Of a DNA stretch of 38,402 nucleotides, positions 22,451 to 33,885 are shown one piece after another. The notes below the pieces were generated by a model that did not search any database, was not told the origin of the DNA, and saw only the letters and a program-made list of their open reading frames with translations. The stretch lies in assembly GCF_006345805.1 (NCBI RefSeq), contig NW_021828097.1, positions 1-38,402 of the forward strand. The letters run 5' to 3'. A program made the translations under genes and the position numbers. The stretch comes from Octopus sinensis (taxonomy: Eukaryota). How positions within the stretch are numbered: position 1 is the stretch's first letter; every line of letters starts with the position of its first letter.

Positions 22451-22505
22451 CATATATATATATATATGTGATATGTATATGTGTGTATATATATATATAT
22501 AACAT
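22300..22505. repeat. (TCTA)/(TA)n tract
   Basis: Directly visible. Confidence 0.9.
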
Positions 22506-22976
22506 AACACATCCAAACAACCAAACATACACACACACATGATGCATGTACACTATGCACACACATCCCAACGTATGGTTTATTAGTGAACACATTCCGT
22601 CAGTCCATCTGTCCTCATACACTGATACAGTAGCGCATCCAAATATCATATTGATATTTCGAACAAGTATGACGTCACACTAAATTACAAACCTCAACGC
22701 TGTGACAGTTGGGTGTAATAAAAAATTTCAAAAACAGTGGGACGCTGTGTTGTTTCACGCCTATGGCTTCTTCATAGCAACGGTGGTATATGAAGGGAAT
22801 TTATTGATACAGGCGTTGTTCGAAAAAGTCATCTGTAAGTAAATCGATCTGATTCTCCGTTGTTACCTCAGTGAATTCGGAAGACTCAAACAAACCATGA
22901 ATTTCTTGCAACACACAAAGATAAAAGTGAGCGCTTGATAGACATAGAATAAATAAACGGAGAGGGTGGAGAGCAA

Positions 22977-23283
22977 GTTTGTTCCTTCTCGATCCACGCC
23001 TGGCTCATAAGGGCCGGTTTCCCGGTTTCCTTGGCGTATAGGTTCCCCACGTGAACGGGACGCCGGTCCGTCGCAGGTGAGCTGCAAGATGCAGGAGGAA
23101 AGAGTGAGAGAAAGTTGTGGCGAAAGAGTTAGCAGAAAGAAGTTCGCCGTTACTTTCTGCCGGAGTTGCGTGGAGCTTAGGTGTTTTCGCTCATAAACAC
23201 ACACATCACCCGGTCTGAGATTCGAACCTGCGATCCCTCGACCGCGAGTCCGCTGCTCTAACCACTAGGCCATGTGCCTCCAC
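22977..23283 (-). mobile_element. SINE family C variant, full length, perfect 10-bp TSD
   Basis: Minus strand: GTGGAGGCACATGGCCTAGTGGTTAGAGCAGCGGACTCGCGG..GGTTCGAATC. TGGAGAGCAA occurs at 22967-22976 and 23284-23293. Confidence 0.92.
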
Positions 23284-23373
23284 TGGAGAGCAAAAGAAAA
23301 GATAAATAAAAATAGGAATCGAACCCGTAATTGGAATGCTACTGGGACAAATACAAACATATACATGGATACG

Positions 23374-23419
<46 letters not shown>

Positions 23420-23617
23420 AAACAACAGATGGATAATGTGCTCATCCACTACAGCTGTTTCCAACAAGCCTTTAACTTAGTAATGGAGAAATTACATTAT
23501 TGGAAAAGACCGTTTTCATCAAGTGGACACATGTATCACAACATTCCGAAACATTCAAAAGGCAAATGTTTGTGCCGTTTCACGATTTTTATGACTAGTC
23601 AATATATTATATGCATA

Positions 23618-23962
23618 GGCGCAGGCGTGACTGTGTGGTAAGTAGCTCACTTACAAACCATATTTTTCCGGGTTCAGTCTCACTGCATGACACTTTGGGC
23701 AAGTAATTTTTACTATAGCCTCGGGCCGACCAATGCTGTTTGAGTGGATTTGGTAGACAGAAACTGAAAGAAGTCCGTCGTATATATATATATATATAAT
23801 ATATATATTATATAATATATATATATATATAATATATATGGGTGTGTGTGGTGTGTGTGTGCGTGTGTGTGGCGTGGTGGTTGTTTTGTGTGTTGTTTGT
23901 ACCGATGTGACAACCGATGTGGGTGTGTTTACGTCCCCGTAACCTAGCGGTTCGGCAAAAGC
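23618..23962 (+). mobile_element. SINE A, 3'-truncated
   Basis: GGCGCAGGCGTGACTGTGTGG..GAAACTGAAAGAAGTCCGTCG-(TA)n(TG)n-..AGCGGTTCGGCAAAAG. Confidence 0.9.
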
Positions 23963-24319
23963 ATATGTAAAGGTTGTTGTCCATTGCCTGTAAAGCCTAA
24001 TTTCATATTTGATGCTATTTTACACTAAATTTAATATTCTATATTTTACAAGCTATTTATTTTCAACAGATTATTTCTCCAAAGACGACATAATATAGTG
24101 AAAATGATGAGAATGATGAAACGATCACTACAGCTAAAGTCCATTATATAATTTATCAAAGGCTGTGCCATACAGATGCAGATATTGGTGAAGGAACACC
24201 ATACAAATGCATTACATATAAACACCAGTATTTAAAAGATGTCATAATAAAAGGGAACGATTCGCGTTCGATTAGTAAAGATACGTAACATCTTGTTCTG
24301 TTTAATATTTTAATGCACA

Positions 24320-24487
24320 AAGGCAGCGAGCTGGCAGAATTGTTAGCACACCGGGCGAAATGCTTATCGGCATTTCGTCTGTCTTTACGTTCGATAATTT
24401 AAGTACCAGTTGCTTACTGGGGTCAATCTAATCGACTGGCCCCTTCCCCGAAACTTTCGGGCCTTGTGCCTAGAGCAGAAATGAATA
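24320..24487 (+). mobile_element. SINE B2 with internal deletion
   Basis: Head and B2 tail are present; the B-box and core segment is missing (TTACGTTC|GATAATTTAAGTACC). Confidence 0.85.
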
Positions 24488-24499
24488 TTTCAATGGAAA

Positions 24500-24901
24500 A
24501 AGGCGGCAAGCTGGCAGAAACGTTAGCACGCCGGGCGAAATGCTTAGCGGTATTTCGTCTGTCGTTACGTTCTCAGTTCAAATTCCACCGAGGTCGACTT
24601 TGCCTTTCATCCTTTCGGGGTCTATAAATGAAGTACCAGTTACGCACTGGGGTCGATGTAATCGACTTAATACCTATGTCTGACCTTGTTTGTCCCCTCT
24701 GTGTTTAGCTCATTGTGGGTAATAAAGAAATAGGTATTTCGTCTCTCTTTTTGTTCTGAGTTGAAAATCCGCTGAGGTTAACTCCGCCTTTCATCTTTTC
24801 GGGGTCGATAAATTAAGTGCCAGTTGCGTACTGGGATCGATCAAATCAACTGACCCGCTCCCCCAAAATTTCGAGCCTTGTACGAAGAGTAGAAAAGAAT
24901 A
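24500..24901 (+). mobile_element. Composite SINE B1 (24500-24732) plus headless B2 (24733-24901)
   Basis: Same junction as 9828/9829; flanked by GAATATTTCAATGGA at 24483-24497 and 24897-24911. Confidence 0.9.
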
Positions 24902-24911
24902 TTTCAATGGA

Positions 24912-25326
24912 CAGAATCGTTAGCACTCCAGCAAAATGCTTAACGCATTTCGTCCGTCTTCATGTTCTGAGTTCAAATTTCGCCGAAGTCGCCTTTGCGT
25001 TTTATCATTTCGCTGTCGATAAAATAAGTACCAGTCAAGTCGATATAATCGACTTGTCCGAACCCCAAAATTGCTGGCTTCGTACCAAAACCCGAAACCA
25101 ATACTTTTGCATAGTCGTCAGACGGGGAGCTGGCAGAAATGTTAGTACGCCGGGCGAAATGTTTAGAGTTATTTCGTCTGCCGATACGTTCTGAGTTCAA
25201 ATTCAGCCGAGGTTGACTTTGCCGTTCATCCTTTCGGGGTCGATAAATTAAGTACCAGTTATGCACTAACGGTTCTCCCAGCTCGCCGCCTTCTATAGCC
25301 GAGGCTATAACGATTCTGCCAACTCG
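24912..25326 (+). mobile_element. Two further SINE B copies (24912-25098, 25121-25267) followed by two inverted B-head fragments
   Basis: CAGAATCGTTAGCAC..; GGGGAGCTGGCAGAAATGTTAG..; then reverse heads at 25265-25292 and 25305-25326. Confidence 0.8.
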
Positions 25327-25994
25327 ATTCCTTCAGAACACATTACTTTCTACTTTCTTCTTTCTACTAAAGGCACAAGTCCTTAAATTTTTTTGGCACA
25401 AGCTCTTAAATTTTTTCGATTCCTTCAGAACACATTACTTTCTGTTTTCTTCTTTCTGCTATAGGCACAAGCCCTTGAATTTTTAAGGATGAAAGGTAAA
25501 GTCGATCTCGGCTGAATTTGATGCTAAGAACACGTTAAACAACCCAAGTAAAGTACGTTTAGACAAAAGACGGGATAAGCACAGCTGGAACGCGCATGGA
25601 GAGAGGATCATCTCATCACAACTGACATAGAGCTACATAACAACTGCAAATTAAATCTTTTTTCGTTAGATACGAATCTCGAAAATATAAATTGAATATC
25701 AGAAAGTGTTGGGTCTACTCAGGCTTTTCAACATTTTCATTCTCGCAATAAAGTAAAGAGCTAATGGCGGAAAAGAACTCTCATAAAACTTTTACATGCA
25801 TCATGTAATTTACGCTAAATATAATTATATAGCTAGCTTTGAAGAAAATATCATTGAGATGAATACAATCTTGGTAATGAATAGTGTCTTTGTTTGATCG
25901 ATATGTTTTCATATGAATGTGTTTAAAATATAGCTATTGTATTATCGTCTTATAAAACAGCAGCCAATTGCATGAGGCAGAAATATAAAAAAAC

Positions 25995-26060
25995 ATTATA
26001 TATATATAAATTATATATACTATATATATGTATGTATGTATATATATATATATATCAATG

Positions 26061-26113
<53 letters not shown>

Positions 26114-26404
26114 TATATATATATAAATGTATATATAAATATGTTTAAATAAGATTGCTTTAGAATTAACACTTAGTAAATAATAAGAAAGGGATAGAAA
26201 AATCATTCTTGGTTTGTTGTGCAGTTTTATTTATTAATTTATTTGTTGTTTTTTTTTAAAACATTCCGGTGGTGAAAATATATAATGAATACGTGTATGT
26301 AATTATATATGGAGATATATATACTTATGGTTATACAATTTAATCATTCATACATACGTGTAGGTATCTATATGTGAGAATATATACGTACATATATATA
26401 TACG

Positions 26405-26455
<51 letters not shown>

Positions 26456-26521
26456 ATAGGTATATACATACATATATATATATACATAGATATATACATA
26501 TTATATATATATATATATATT

Positions 26522-26564
<43 letters not shown>

Positions 26565-26740
26565 ATATATAATATATATATATATATACATCGATGTAAA
26601 AGTCTCAGTCTTTTTAGCTATATCTATCTTGCTATATATATATATTATATATATATATATATATATATTATATAAGTATGTAGATATGTAGATATAAAAA
26701 TATATATGTATGCATATATATATATTATATATATATATAT
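25995..26740. repeat. Two long degenerate (TA)n fields (about 25995-26135 and 26380-26740)
   Basis: Directly visible. Confidence 0.9.
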
Positions 26741-27626
26741 AAGCAGAGAGGAGAGAAGTGGAAAGAGAGGAGTGACGAGGCAGTGATAGAAAGGGGGGAG
26801 ACAGTGGGAGAGAGGAGGGTACATCTGCGTAATTATATTGATATATGAAGAAGGCAGTGATTTGGTGGATTCTTCAGTGACTAGGAATGCCTCACAGTAT
26901 TCGATCCAAGTGTCTTCGACTCGAGTTCACATCTCACTAAGCTCCACTTTACCGTTCGTCCCTTTGGCGTCAATAATAGATTTCCCTTTAAAGTGTTGAG
27001 CCTTTGTTACCTCGTTAATGTAAACAGCCCGACATTGTATTTCATTCTTTCGGGGTTGATAGCATAAGTACCGCCAAAGTACTGGAGTGGAGGAACTCAA
27101 CTGACCACAAACAGTGACGCAGCTAATAGAGAGCAAGGGCAGAGACTGCCCTTGGATCACATTTCTCAAAAATGGTGCCTACAATTATTCAAAATTCTTT
27201 AGTACACTTTTGCGATAAAAGTTGAATCTCTGTCTGCTCGAATATCCTGTGATGTGTTGGTCGCTGACATTTGAAAAACCAAAACAAACCCTGACGTCAT
27301 AACCTCTCAACACTGGACGATTTCACGCAGTTTCACCATTTTAACGTCACACCTATATCAGCAATCGTAAGTTTCATAAATAATGACATTGTTACTGAAA
27401 CCATGAAATTAATTAATATAGAATACAATTACATATATTAAAACTAATGAACTATTTCACGTGATATAAAAGAAAATGGATTTTTAAAAATTGTCTAGTA
27501 TGTGCCAGGCACCGTTTTTTTACGTGCTTGCTTCCGTTAACTTTAGAACCTATCTACGCTGATGGCTTCTACCTCAAAACTTCGGGCTCTGAGTTTATAC
27601 TAAGACTAGTAAGTTGGTAGAATCGT

Positions 27627-27858
27627 AAGGCGGTGAGCTGGCAGAAACGTTAGCACGCCGGGCTAAATGCTTAGCAGTATTTCGTCTGTCGCTACGTTCT
27701 GAGTTCAAATTTCCCGAGGTCGACTTTGCCTTTCATCCTTTCGGGATCGATTAAATAAGTACCAGTTACGCACTGGGGTCGATATAATCGACTTAATCCG
27801 TTTGTCTGTCCTTGTTTGTTCCCTCTGCGTGTAGCCGCTTGTGGGCAATAAAGAAATA
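27627..27858 (+). mobile_element. SINE B1, full length, nested in an older B head, 8-bp TSD AGAATCGT
   Basis: AGAATCGT occurs at 27619-27626 and 27859-27866; the older B copy continues to about 27985. Confidence 0.92.
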
Positions 27859-28129
27859 AGAATCGTTAGAGCGCTGGGAAAATGAGCAGCAATATTTATT
27901 CCGAGTCCCTCAACATTCTGCGCTGAAATTCCTCTCCAGTCCACTTTTCATTTCATCCCTTTAGATTTGATCAAATATAGTACCTCTCGTGTGATGGGGC
28001 TCAACATAATAGACTAACATCTTCTTCGAAATTTCCGACCGTAAGGAGCGATGGGTTCGGAGAATGTTCTATGGCCAAATCCCACCAAAGGAAACTAGAC
28101 TTTTATTCTTCCAGGGTCCATAAAAGTAG

Positions 28130-28198
28130 GTTCGGTTCCTCCCGGCAGCAGCTTGGGTTAGTGTGTTCTGCTAAAGCCGTATATGTGTACATGTATGC

Positions 28199-28272
<74 letters not shown>

Positions 28273-28340
28273 CTGTGTCTCTTGGTAACCGGTGTTTCTT
28301 TACATCCACGTAATCTAGCGGTCCGGCATAAAGGACCGTA
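28130..28340 (+). mobile_element. Diverged SINE A-like copy around (TG)n at 28190-28270
   Basis: GGTTCGGTTCC..CTTGGGTTAGTGTGTTCTGCTA before the tract and GTAATCTAGCGGTCCGGCATAAAGGACCG after it. Confidence 0.55.
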
Positions 28341-29303
28341 GGGCCGTTATGATCGTTTGATCCCTTCGCATTGAGTTTCTAACCCTTTACCGATGTCAGA
28401 AATAATTGTTAGATTAGAAGTAGTTTATTAACAACGGAAAATGGAATGTAGGCCACATGATCTGCACGCGTCATCGTTGCATCTTATTCTTTCACGAGTT
28501 TCAAAAACAAAAGAAAAAATGGCAAGAAGACTGTCCTTTCTTGGAGAATGAAAGCAAATTCGAACACAGCACAAATCAACTTTTATCCTTACACCTTCCT
28601 AGATCGATAAAACAATATACCTGTAATGCATTGCGGTTGTGAGCATAATCGCCTTTCCCTTCTACACAAATATTTGGCTTTCTGCTTATTTTATAATTCA
28701 TTATTTTCTAAATATGGAAAAAAAAAAAAAATTATCGAAAGATGTTTCCTCTCAGGAATTGCAATTAATTTCAAACGATTTCTCAAAAGATAAAACAAAT
28801 ACAAATAAATCAATAAAATAGAAAAAAAAAGACGCCACTTTCATAACGCAAACTGTTTCCAGATAAATGACTCTGCAGTAAACGAAACCAATATTTGGTT
28901 CTCTCTTTTCTCATTGTTTTCTTTTCCCTTTATGTTTTTCTGTTCGAAGATGGCTGCTTGCTAAATCTCTGATCTTCCATAATTCTTTGGCCGAGTTTTA
29001 ATTATCTGATGAGCTACTGTGCCAAATAATCCTAAAATAATCGAGGCGGTTGATCAATATGTTTGTTTGACTTCATAAGAGCATCCTTCATACACACAAA
29101 CAATCTTTTTTGTTCTGCCAAAAAGACAAATTTTGTTCTTTTTCTTTCTTTCTTTCCACGGAGTAGAATAAATAAAAGAGAAATAAACAAAACTAAAAAT
29201 AAAATCACTGTTGTTAGTATTGACAATAGAAAAAACTGTTGTCATATGACACATTCATTCGATTTTGTAATATCTCTTAAAATTCCTTTCACCGTAACTG
29301 ATG

Positions 29304-29660
29304 TAGGATTGGTCGAATACGTAGCGCGTTGGACAAAATGCTTGGTAGTATCTCTTCTGGCTTTTAACGTTCTGAAACCAAATATCTCCGAAGTTGACTT
29401 TCGGGATCGATAAAATAAGTACCAATGGAGCTCTGGATTTGGTGTAATCGACTTAACCAGTCCTTCGAAATCAGAGGTCTTGTTCCTAAAGTAGAAAACG
29501 TTATTTTGGAACATAAATGAGGTGGGCTGAGAAGAATCTTTGACGAGTCGGTAAAATATTCTACAGCATTCGTTCTGAATTTTTTCAGTCTGAGTTCAAA
29601 TTCTGCCGCGGTCAACTTTGTCTTCTATCCTTTCGAGTCGTCCATCCAGAGAACTCGGAA
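29304..29660 (+). mobile_element. Two old tandem SINE B copies
   Basis: GATCGATAAAATAAGTACCA..GTAATCGACTTAAC; then CTGAGTTCAAATTCTGCCGCGGTCAACTTTGTCTTCTATCCTTTCG. Confidence 0.7.
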
Positions 29661-30025
29661 GAAATACCGTAAAGTTAGCAGTGTTGTGGGGAGGTGGTTA
29701 ATCGATATATTTGATTCCAGTATTAGATTTTTTTTTATTCTCTCGACTACGAAAGACTGAATAACAAATGTGACCTCGGCGGAATTGCTATTCTTTCTTA
29801 ACAAGGCGGTGAATTGACCGAATATTTCAAACTTCGTATGGAGCGCTCCAGCAGCATTGAGGTTAAATAACGCATGACCTTTGTTCATGACGCGCCACCG
29901 ATTCTGCCTGCTTGTCGCCTTTTTAAGACAGAATATTTGTTTCTAAATTTCAGAGGTGGTGCCCCAGCATGGCCGCGGCCTTCGGGCTAAAACATTTTTA
30001 AGAATTTTAAGGAAATTATGCATAA

Positions 30026-30222
30026 GGTCAGCAATTTTGAGAAACGGCAATAGTTAGTACCATCGACCCTATTAGTATACTGGTACTTCATTTCATCGAT
30101 ACAGAAGGGTTGCAGGGTAAATATAAAACTTGGCGGGATTTGAGCTGAGAAAAGAACGAGTAGGAAGGAATATCACAAAGCATTTCTTATGACGCTCTAG
30201 CGATTCTATCAACTTGCTGCTT
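30026..30222 (-). mobile_element. Old SINE B, diverged
   Basis: CTGGTACTTCATTTCATCGA..GCGGGATTTGAGCTGAG..AGCGATTCTATCAACTTGCTGCTT. Confidence 0.6.
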
Positions 30223-30350
30223 TGTTAATATGGAATAAAACGGACAGACTTTATTATCCCTTTCCTTGTGGAAATCCGATATAATCCACTCAAAATTTCA
30301 TTACCCTAAGTGTAGAAAGCAGATTTATATACTAATCTATATTTTGTTGA

Positions 30351-30391
30351 GAAATATAATATGTGAAACTACTTTTCACATATTATATTTC
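30351..30391. repeat. Perfect 18-bp inverted repeat with 5-nt spacer
   Basis: GAAATATAATATGTGAAA-CTACT-TTTCACATATTATATTTC. Confidence 0.95.
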
Positions 30392-30692
30392 CACTATCAG
30401 CCTACAGTCAGCCCCATGGTGATCAGAGCTCGCTCTGATCGCCATTGAGTTGACTATCCACCACTACAAGCCCACAGGTCAGCCATGAGGAACACTAATA
30501 CTGACGCATGACATGACATGACACAGTCAGCCCAATGGCGCTCAGAGCGAGCCATGATCGCCATTGGACTGACTGTGGGCTGGCAGTGGTGGACAGTCAT
30601 TGAGGTGATTGCCTATCAGCGGGGTGACTGCCATTGCGGTAACTGTCTATTATTGGGGTGACTGTGGCCGGGGAGTGATAGACAGTCACTCC
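30390..30692. repeat. GC-rich array of about 70-nt self-complementary units in direct and inverted arrangement
   Basis: Hairpin units at 30405-30456 and 30524-30575; segment 30451-30482 is complementary to 30569-30599; small hairpin GGAGTGA/TCACTCC at 30672-30692. Confidence 0.8.
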
Positions 30693-30757
30693 AATGTCGA
30701 TCAGTTCTTGACTTGTCAAGTTCTCGCAGCCGGGACGGCCTAGTCACACGTACCTTG

Positions 30758-30869
30758 CGATGCTGGTGTGATTACGTCCCAATAACTTAGCGGTTCGGCA
30801 AAACAAACCAAGAGAATAAGTACTAGGCGTACAAAGAGTAAGACCTGGGGTCCATTTGTTCGACTAAAT
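30758..30869 (+). mobile_element. SINE A right-arm fragment
   Basis: GATGCTGGTGTG..AACTTAGCGGTTCGGCAAAA..GAATAAGTACTAGGC. Confidence 0.8.
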
Positions 30870-30960
30870 CTAAGCTAAATGAAGTCTTTCGAGAATTGTG
30901 GAAATGTGTACGTTTGTCATTATACAAACACATACTGCGATTTATATATTCTCGATATGC

Positions 30961-30991
<31 letters not shown>

Positions 30992-31283
30992 GTACATGCA
31001 CAGAGAGAAATACAGGCACATGCTCACACAGATATACACAAACACGCACACACACACACACACACGCGCATATATTTATGTATGTATATACATGCAGAAG
31101 AGAAGATTGATTGATAGGAAATACATAAAATGACAGTCGGGTAATTTGAAAATTGTACATTAGAGTGAACCTCCCCCCCCCACGCATAAGATGTATGAAT
31201 AGACGAGTTTGGATAGAAATAAGTGGCTGCGTACACATTCATATATAAATGTGTAGGTGTGTAGAAGTGTATGTGTGAAAGAT

Positions 31284-31284
<1 letters not shown>

Positions 31285-31326
<42 letters not shown>

Positions 31327-31481
31327 AAATATATATATGTGTGTGTGCACCATACATATATACCATATCAAGCGCGTGCACTTTATAAATGCATTCATAT
31401 ATATGTATATATGTATGTACACAAGTAGACACATGTATTTTACATACATAAACATATATCTCATACATACACACAATATGC

Positions 31482-31544
<63 letters not shown>

Positions 31545-31810
31545 TATGTTATATACATGTAAGTATGTATGTAGTATATATTTGTATATATATAATGTGT
31601 GTGTGTGTGTATACGAATATATATATATATATATATATATCTATATATATATATATATATAATATATATGTATATATATAAGTATATATATATATATGTA
31701 TATATATATGTATATGAATAATATAAGTATATATGTATGTATATATATATATGTATATGCATATATAAGTATATATGTATATTTATATATATATGTATGG
31801 ACATATATAT
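31285..31810. repeat. Degenerate (TA)n/(TATG)n field
   Basis: Directly visible; explains the ORFs at 31024-31906. Confidence 0.9.
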
Positions 31811-32050
31811 ATCAACGTACTTATTGACATGTGAACATATAAACACATTACACTTATAAGCAGAGTCATGCACTCGCACAGACATACACATTACATTACG
31901 TTTCAATTATACACACACGCATCCACGCCCGCTCGCGCGAATATATACCTCTCATATTTAGTTCAATCAATTATGTCTGTCACCCCACACTGACTTAATA
32001 TGTTAGTTATCTATCCGTTAGTTAGGCCTATCATGTTTTTCAATTAAGGG

Positions 32051-32330
32051 ACTAGCAGCCAAGCCCGGTTTCACCCGGTGTGTTTGGATGATGTAGCTGT
32101 GATCGTTTTTGGTTAGACATAATCTATAACAGCGTTTCTCAACCTTATCATTTCAGGTCCACTGTTTCAATTGTAGCTTCCAGTTGTATGAAAATTTCCT
32201 GATCCCTGTCAGAAAACAGCTTCAGGAGTTGTGAAGAACGAATTTGTACGTAGTCTGTTTCTGAGAGTTAGTCTATTGGACCTCTGTCTAATCATTAAAA
32301 TATTGGGCGATCTTTCGATATGGGAACACC
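32051..32330 (+). mobile_element. Possible non-autonomous Helitron-like (Lep1/HINE-type) 5' portion
   Basis: It starts ACTAGCAGCCAAGCCCGGTTTCACCCGG, like the ACTAGC..GCCCG..TTC..CCG 5' ends I recall for such elements, and later has TGAAAATTTC..CAG..AGCTTCAGGAG. No 3' end was found. Confidence 0.35.
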
Positions 32331-32473
32331 CGACTGTCACGTACAAACAACGTATATAAACTACGTGTGTTTATTTACATTTTTGAAGATGATCGTAGCT
32401 TTCCGTGAAAATTTTTAATTTTTTTAATATGGGGTTATGTGGAAAGGGGATCTTTTGAAGTCGGTGTGAAAGT

Positions 32474-32476
<3 letters not shown>

Positions 32477-32563
<87 letters not shown>

Positions 32564-33030
32564 TTGTATGAGTGAAGTTGTTTTGGAGTTGGCGTGAAAA
32601 ATTTATGTGTGCGTGTGTGTGTATGTGTGAGAGAGAGTGTGTGTGTGTGTTTGATGGGTTGTGCGAGACAGAATCTGTGGTGTGTATGTGAATTGCTTTT
32701 GTTAGTGTGTGTGAAGAGACAGAGTAATGTTGCTGGTGTGTGTGTAAGTGAGAGAGAGAAAGAGAGAGAGAGAGAAAGATAACTAAGAATTTTTATTCAC
32801 TTTTTGTAGTGAGTGAATGTGTGAGTGAGTGACAGAGAAAAAGCGAGAGAGACTTTATGTATGTATGCATTTATGTGTGTATGTATGTGCGTGTATGTGT
32901 GTATGTATGTATGTATGTATGTATGTATGTATGTATGTATGTATGTATGTATGTATGTATGTATGTATGTGTGCATGTATGTATGTATATATGTGGGCAT
33001 GTATGTATGTATTTGTGCATGTATATATGA
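32477..33030. repeat. (GA)n 32477-32560, (TG)/(GA) degenerate tract, (TATG)n about 32865-33030
   Basis: Directly visible. Confidence 0.9.
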
Positions 33031-33699
33031 ATGACTTTGGCTGACTGTCATCCTGTACTCCCCTTGTTGCTAGTGAAATGGTATATGCCGGGTGTGTGAG
33101 CAACTGCTTGTTTTAATGGCGGGGGAATTCCATAAGAAAAGTTTTAATCGATTTTCTCGAAAACTATGGAGGCTAGGTAAAAAATACAAAACGCATTCCA
33201 ATCTATGCACCCGTTTCCACATGTGTACCATATTTAACGCGAACTCGCCCAGCCGTTTGGCTGTGAACCTCAAGAAAGAAAGAATACTACGATCGCCCAT
33301 GTCCAATTTATATTATTGATAAAAAGAAAATGAGGGCAAAAAGCACTCGTTTTTTCACAATGAAAAATCGTTTCCCAGTAGCCGAAATTTCGCGACAAAA
33401 TGTATGTTTATTAAGCACATCAGCCTGCAATGCATGCCGCTGGGCATTAAAAGCCAATCGCACAAACCTAGAAGGGCTCTGGGCCCCCTAGAATCGATAA
33501 AATATCATTGTTTTTGCCATAGTAACAACATCTTTATAGCTTGCGAATTTTAACCATCGCGGGTCTCATCCTCACCACGCATTTAGTATCAGTGCCATTT
33601 TCCAGCTCGTTCCTAGCCTCGGGTTGGCCGCCATTAACCGTCATAGCAAAATGTGCATACAATTGTCGTCCAAGGACTGTTTTATAGATATAGATTTTA

Positions 33700-33885
33700 T
33701 TTGTTTCAGACGTTTGAGTGCAGCCGTGGTGGAGCACCAGATTTGGTCGAACAAATCGACTCCGAAACTTATTCTTTGTAAGCCTACTACTTATTCTAAC
33801 GGCCACTTTTGCCGAACTGCTAGATTACGGGGACGTAATCACACCAACATCGGTTGTCAAGTGATTGGGGGGGGGGACAAACACA
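33700..33885 (-). mobile_element. SINE A right arm
   Basis: GGAGCACC..GTCGAACAAATCGAC..CTTATTCTTTGTAAGCC..CTTTTGCCGAAC..CATCGGTTGTCAAG. Confidence 0.85.

Noticed and set aside
21791-23283. tRNA-like sequences with A and B boxes (here and in the other SINE heads)
   Set aside because: They lack a complete acceptor stem and continue into SINE bodies with TSDs, so they are SINE heads rather than tRNA genes.
24097-24288. About 64-codon open frame (SENDENDETITTAKVHYIIYQRLCHTD...)
   Set aside because: The best nearby acceptor (TTTCAACAG) leads into stops in all three frames, and I recognise no homology.
22670-27299. Two full CRE palindromes TGACGTCA (22670-22677, 27292-27299)
   Set aside because: These are 8-mers with no associated promoter evidence and are compatible with chance.
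29006-29035. CTGATGA-GC..GC-CAAA hammerhead-like string
   Set aside because: G12 is replaced by C, and helices I and III do not form.
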